This document shows positions 28,980-32,000 of a stretch of DNA of 32,000 nt, piece by piece (position 1 is the stretch's first letter; every line of letters begins with the position of its first letter). A program made the position numbers and the translations under genes. The notes under the pieces are model-generated. The model saw only the letters and a list, made by a program, of their open reading frames with translations. It was not told the origin of the DNA and ran no database searches. Source of the stretch: Synechococcus sp. A15-28 (GTDB lineage: Bacteria; Cyanobacteriota; Cyanobacteriia; PCC-6307; Cyanobiaceae); the NCBI RefSeq assembly GCF_014280175.1, contig NZ_CP047931.1, positions 2,010,001 through 2,042,000 of the forward strand, in the 5' to 3' direction.

Positions 28980-30570
28980 GTCAGCTCAGCGGCGCGTGCT
29001 TCTGGCCGCCGCCCTGTTCCTGCTGATCGGCTGCGCGTTGCAGTGGTGGCGAATGCAATCCCTCACCGCCTCCATGGACCAGGGCATCCTCATGCAGGTG
29101 CTCTGGAACGGCCTGCGGGGGCACCCCTTCGAGAGCACGCTGTCGTCGCAGCTGTCCACCAACGTCATTCACAGCGGTGAGCTGCCTGCCCTCGGGTACC
29201 ACCGTCTCGGGCAACACTTCACCCCGATCCTGGCGTTATGGATTCCCCTGGTGGGGCTGCTGGGGAAATGGGCTCTGCCCATGCTGCAGGTGGTGCTGAT
29301 CACCGCTGCGGGACTGGTGCTGCACAGGCTTGCGCAACGGGAGCTCAAGCCAGAGCTGGCGGCCATGGTCACCATCGCCTTCTACGGCGCCAACGCAGTG
29401 ATCGCGCCCTGCATGCTCAGCAACTTCACTGATCTCAGTCAGCTGCCGTTGTGTGTGTTTCTGCTGCTGCTGGGGCTGGAACGCCAGCAGCGCTGGCTCA
29501 CCGCAGCAGCCGCTCTGGCCATTCCACTGATCCGGGAGGACACCGGCGTTGTGCTGATGGGAGTGGGGATCTGGCTGGGCCTGCGCCGGAAAGGGCGTTG
29601 GCCGATGGCCGTGACGCTGATCCTGTTCGGTGGCGGATGGGTGGCCCTGTCCACCAACGTTCTGATGCCGCTGTTCAGCGCAGACAACGCTCAGCGGTTC
29701 ATGGTGGAAAACTTCGGTCAGTACCTCGAAGGCCGCGACCAGGCCAGCAGCCTCGAGGTGCTCGGACTGGTGCTGCGCCAGCCCCTGGTTCTGCTGCGCG
29801 AACTGGTATCGCCACCGGGCAACACCATCACGTATCTCCTCGCCCAGGGCATACCGTTGATCCTGGTGCCCTTCATTTCGATCGACAGCTGGCTGTTGAT
29901 GGGTCTCCCCCTGCTGGGGTTGCTGCTGGCCCAGGGCTTCAACAATCCACTGTCCATCAGCATCCGATACACCTACCTGGTGGTGCCTGGCCTGTTTGCA
30001 GGAGCCGTGCTCTGGTGGCGAAACCATCAGAACCTGTTCGAATCTCGCCGTCTGCGACGGATCTGGGCTGGGGCCATTGCCCTGTCCTGTTTCTTCACCG
30101 TGACGGCCAACCCCAATCAGAGTCTGTCCTGGATGATTCCAGACAGCATCCAACCTTGGATCTACAGAGATCCCGTTGCCCAGCTCCGCCATGGCCAGAG
30201 AGCCCTTGATCTGATCAAGACCATTCCGGATCGCAGCACAGTCGCAGCCACCACAGGCCTGATCCCCCACCTGGCCAATCGCGAAGTTCTGATCCGCTTT
30301 CCGTACCACGATCGTTATCAGAACCAGGACGGCCAACCCTTTCCAGTGGATTGGGTTGTGGCCGATCTCCACAACCAGCGCCTGTTCCAGACATTCCGCA
30401 AACAGCGCCGAGGCCTGAAACGCAATCGCCGCAAGCTCGACGACCTCATCCGACAGGGGTATGGCGTTAAGGCATTTGACGATGGCGTTGTGCTGTTGCA
30501 ACGGAAGGGTCAAACCGATGCAGCCGCACAAAAGAAATTCAGAGCGTTTTCTGAATCATTGAATGTCTGA
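28942..30570 (+). CDS. DUF2079 family polytopic membrane protein, close paralog of 24199-25803
   Basis: MDQGILMQVLWNGLRGHPFESTLSSQLSTNVIHSGELPALGYHRLGQHFTPILALWIPLVGLLG; extensive similarity to the 24199 gene. Confidence 0.87.
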   Translation: MASHQTPAPRPAESAQRRVLLAAALFLLIGCALQWWRMQSLTASMDQGILMQVLWNGLRGHPFESTLSSQLSTNVIHSGELPALGYHRLGQHFTPILALWIPLVGLLGKWALPMLQVVLITAAGLVLHRLAQRELKPELAAMVTIAFYGANAVIAPCMLSNFTDLSQLPLCVFLLLLGLERQQRWLTAAAALAIPLIREDTGVVLMGVGIWLGLRRKGRWPMAVTLILFGGGWVALSTNVLMPLFSADNAQRFMVENFGQYLEGRDQASSLEVLGLVLRQPLVLLRELVSPPGNTITYLLAQGIPLILVPFISIDSWLLMGLPLLGLLLAQGFNNPLSISIRYTYLVVPGLFAGAVLWWRNHQNLFESRRLRRIWAGAIALSCFFTVTANPNQSLSWMIPDSIQPWIYRDPVAQLRHGQRALDLIKTIPDRSTVAATTGLIPHLANREVLIRFPYHDRYQNQDGQPFPVDWVVADLHNQRLFQTFRKQRRGLKRNRRKLDDLIRQGYGVKAFDDGVVLLQRKGQTDAAAQKKFRAFSESLNV

Positions 30571-30584
30571 GTGGGTCAATCCAA

Positions 30585-30620
30585 TAAAAAAGCCCCCCCG
30601 GGACGGGGAGGCTTTGAAAA
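30585..30620. terminator. Bidirectional terminator between converging DUF2079 gene and psbD
   Basis: AATAAAAAAGCCCCCCCGGGACGGGGAGGCTTTGAAAAAA; GC stem flanked by an A run on one side and A/T on the other. Confidence 0.75.
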
Positions 30621-30639
30621 AACAATTTGAACTTCGAAA

Positions 30640-31695
30640 TCAGAGGGCGTTGCCGCGGGGCAGAACCTCTTCAGGGAAGACGAAGTTTTCGTGCGGCTGG
30701 TCAGCCGGTGCCATCCAGGCACGCAGTCCTTCATTAAGAAGGATGTTCTTGGTGTAGAAGGTCTCGAATTCGGGATCTTCTGCAGCGCGGATTTCCTGTG
30801 ACACGAAGTCATAGGCGCGCAGGTTGAGGGCCAGGCCGATGATGCCGATGGAGCTGGTCCACAGGCCCATCACAGGAACGAACAGCATGAAGAAGTGCAG
30901 CCAGCGCTTGTTGGAGAAGGCGATACCGAAGATCTGACTCCAGAAGCGGTTGGCGGTGACCATGGAATAGGTCTCTTCTTCCTGCGTGGGCTCGAACGCC
31001 TTGAAGGTGTTGGCCTGCTCGCCGTCCTCAAACAGGGTGTTTTCCACGGTGGCGCCGTGAATGGCGCAGAGGAGTGCACCGCCGAGGATGCCGGCGACGC
31101 CCATCATGTGGAAGGGGTTCAGGGTCCAGTTATGGAAGCCCTGGAGGAAGAGAAGGAAGCGGAAGATCGCAGCCACACCGAAGGAGGGCGCGAAGAACCA
31201 GCTGCTCTGGCCGAGGGGGTACATCAGAAAGACACTGACGAACACCGCGATCGGACCGGAGAAGGCGATGGCGTTGTAAGGGCGGATGCCGACCAGACGG
31301 GCGATTTCGAACTGACGCAGCATGAAGCCGATCAGCGCGAAGGCGCCGTGCAGGGCCACGAAGGCCCAGAGGCCGCCGAGCTGACACCAGCGAACGAAGT
31401 CACCCTGGGCTTCAGGGCCCCAGAGCAGCAGGAGGCTGTGACCCATCGCATCAGCGGGGGTGGACACAGCGGCGGTGAGGAAGTTGCAACCTTCCAGGTA
31501 CGAGGAGGCGATGCCGTGGGTGTACCAGGAGGTGACAAAGGTGGTGCCTGTGAGCCAGCCACCGATGGCCAGATAGGCCGTGGGGAAGAGAAGAATGCCG
31601 GACCAGCCGACAAAAACGAAGCGGTCGCGCTTGAGCCAGTCATCGAGGATGTCAAACCATCCCCGCTGAGGCGCGCGTCCTACAGCGATCGTCAT
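30640..31695 (-). CDS. psbD: Photosystem II D2 protein, stand-alone copy (no psbC downstream)
   Basis: [61 protein letters not shown]...[23 protein letters not shown]; unmistakable D2. Confidence 0.98.
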   Translation of the reverse strand: MTIAVGRAPQRGWFDILDDWLKRDRFVFVGWSGILLFPTAYLAIGGWLTGTTFVTSWYTHGIASSYLEGCNFLTAAVSTPADAMGHSLLLLWGPEAQGDFVRWCQLGGLWAFVALHGAFALIGFMLRQFEIARLVGIRPYNAIAFSGPIAVFVSVFLMYPLGQSSWFFAPSFGVAAIFRFLLFLQGFHNWTLNPFHMMGVAGILGGALLCAIHGATVENTLFEDGEQANTFKAFEPTQEEETYSMVTANRFWSQIFGIAFSNKRWLHFFMLFVPVMGLWTSSIGIIGLALNLRAYDFVSQEIRAAEDPEFETFYTKNILLNEGLRAWMAPADQPHENFVFPEEVLPRGNAL

Positions 31696-31859
31696 GAGAA
31701 AGGCGCTTCATGAAGCGTTACACCACGAGCTTAGGTGGTGTTTTCCGTCCTGGAGCAAGAAATCCGAACCAGAGCGAAACGATGGGTAGAAATGCTCAGG
31801 CCTGAACAGTCAGGGGCGCTGCCGAGCCGCGAGAATATCCATAGTGTGAACCAAAAGCC

Positions 31860-32000
31860 GTGTACGTCATCGAACTGGCCCTGCGCATGAGCCCCGTCCC
31901 GGTGTCGGTGCAACGCAAGGAGGCCGAGGCCGCTGAAACCCTGTACCAGCAGATCCGGCAAGCCCTGGAAAGCGGTCAACCGCGCCTGCTGGAACTCACC
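31860..32000 (+). CDS. UPF0367 family protein, N-terminal part (truncated by window edge)
   Basis: GTG start, then [46 protein letters not shown]; typical UPF0367 N-terminus. Confidence 0.85.
   Translation, partial: MYVIELALRMSPVPVSVQRKEAEAAETLYQQIRQALESGQPRLLELT

Noticed and set aside
27054-30531. Long minus-strand ORFs 27054-28373 and 29236-30531, and 25882-26823
   Set aside because: Antisense to the DUF2079/ArnT genes, rich in Gln/His/Pro/Gly shadow composition, with no motifs.
1-32000. Search for a defence system, retron, BGC, prophage or tRNA
   Set aside because: No reverse transcriptase, nuclease/ATPase pair, NRPS/PKS, phage structural gene or tRNA cloverleaf could be supported by reading the window.

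Overview
This is a GC-rich picocyanobacterial chromosome window, Synechococcus/Cyanobium-like judging from psbD, ndhO, zds and rbfA. Most of 1-16.5 kb is ordinary housekeeping content: a DUF2252 gene, glutathione S-transferase, DUF751/Ycf33, rbfA, GH3, a TPR glycosyltransferase, hemD, SRPBCC protein, zds, an A-type Fe-S carrier, an LpxB-like protein, a TIGR01777 epimerase, ndhO, a J-domain protein and cysK. The most informative region is 16.48-24.07 kb. It holds a same-strand array of four intact SLH/OprB-type cyanobacterial porin genes plus a previously uncalled fifth copy collapsed to a ~130 bp remnant. The array also shows a ~502 bp near-identical block shared by porins 2 and 3 (2 mismatches seen), a duplicated intergenic terminator/promoter cassette, and TTAA-type repeats with 11-bp spacing (Pho-box-like) upstream of every copy. 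Porin 1 alone carries a ~90-aa strongly basic insertion. From 24.2 to 30.6 kb there is a run of four large polytopic membrane proteins (three DUF2079, one ArnT/GT39-like). The window ends with a stand-alone psbD that has a structured leader, and the start of a UPF0367 gene. I found no CRISPR array, reverse transcriptase, recognisable defence system, transposase or tRNA. I do not claim a wholly new system. The porin array's architecture and decay, and its shared upstream motif, are the best leads.
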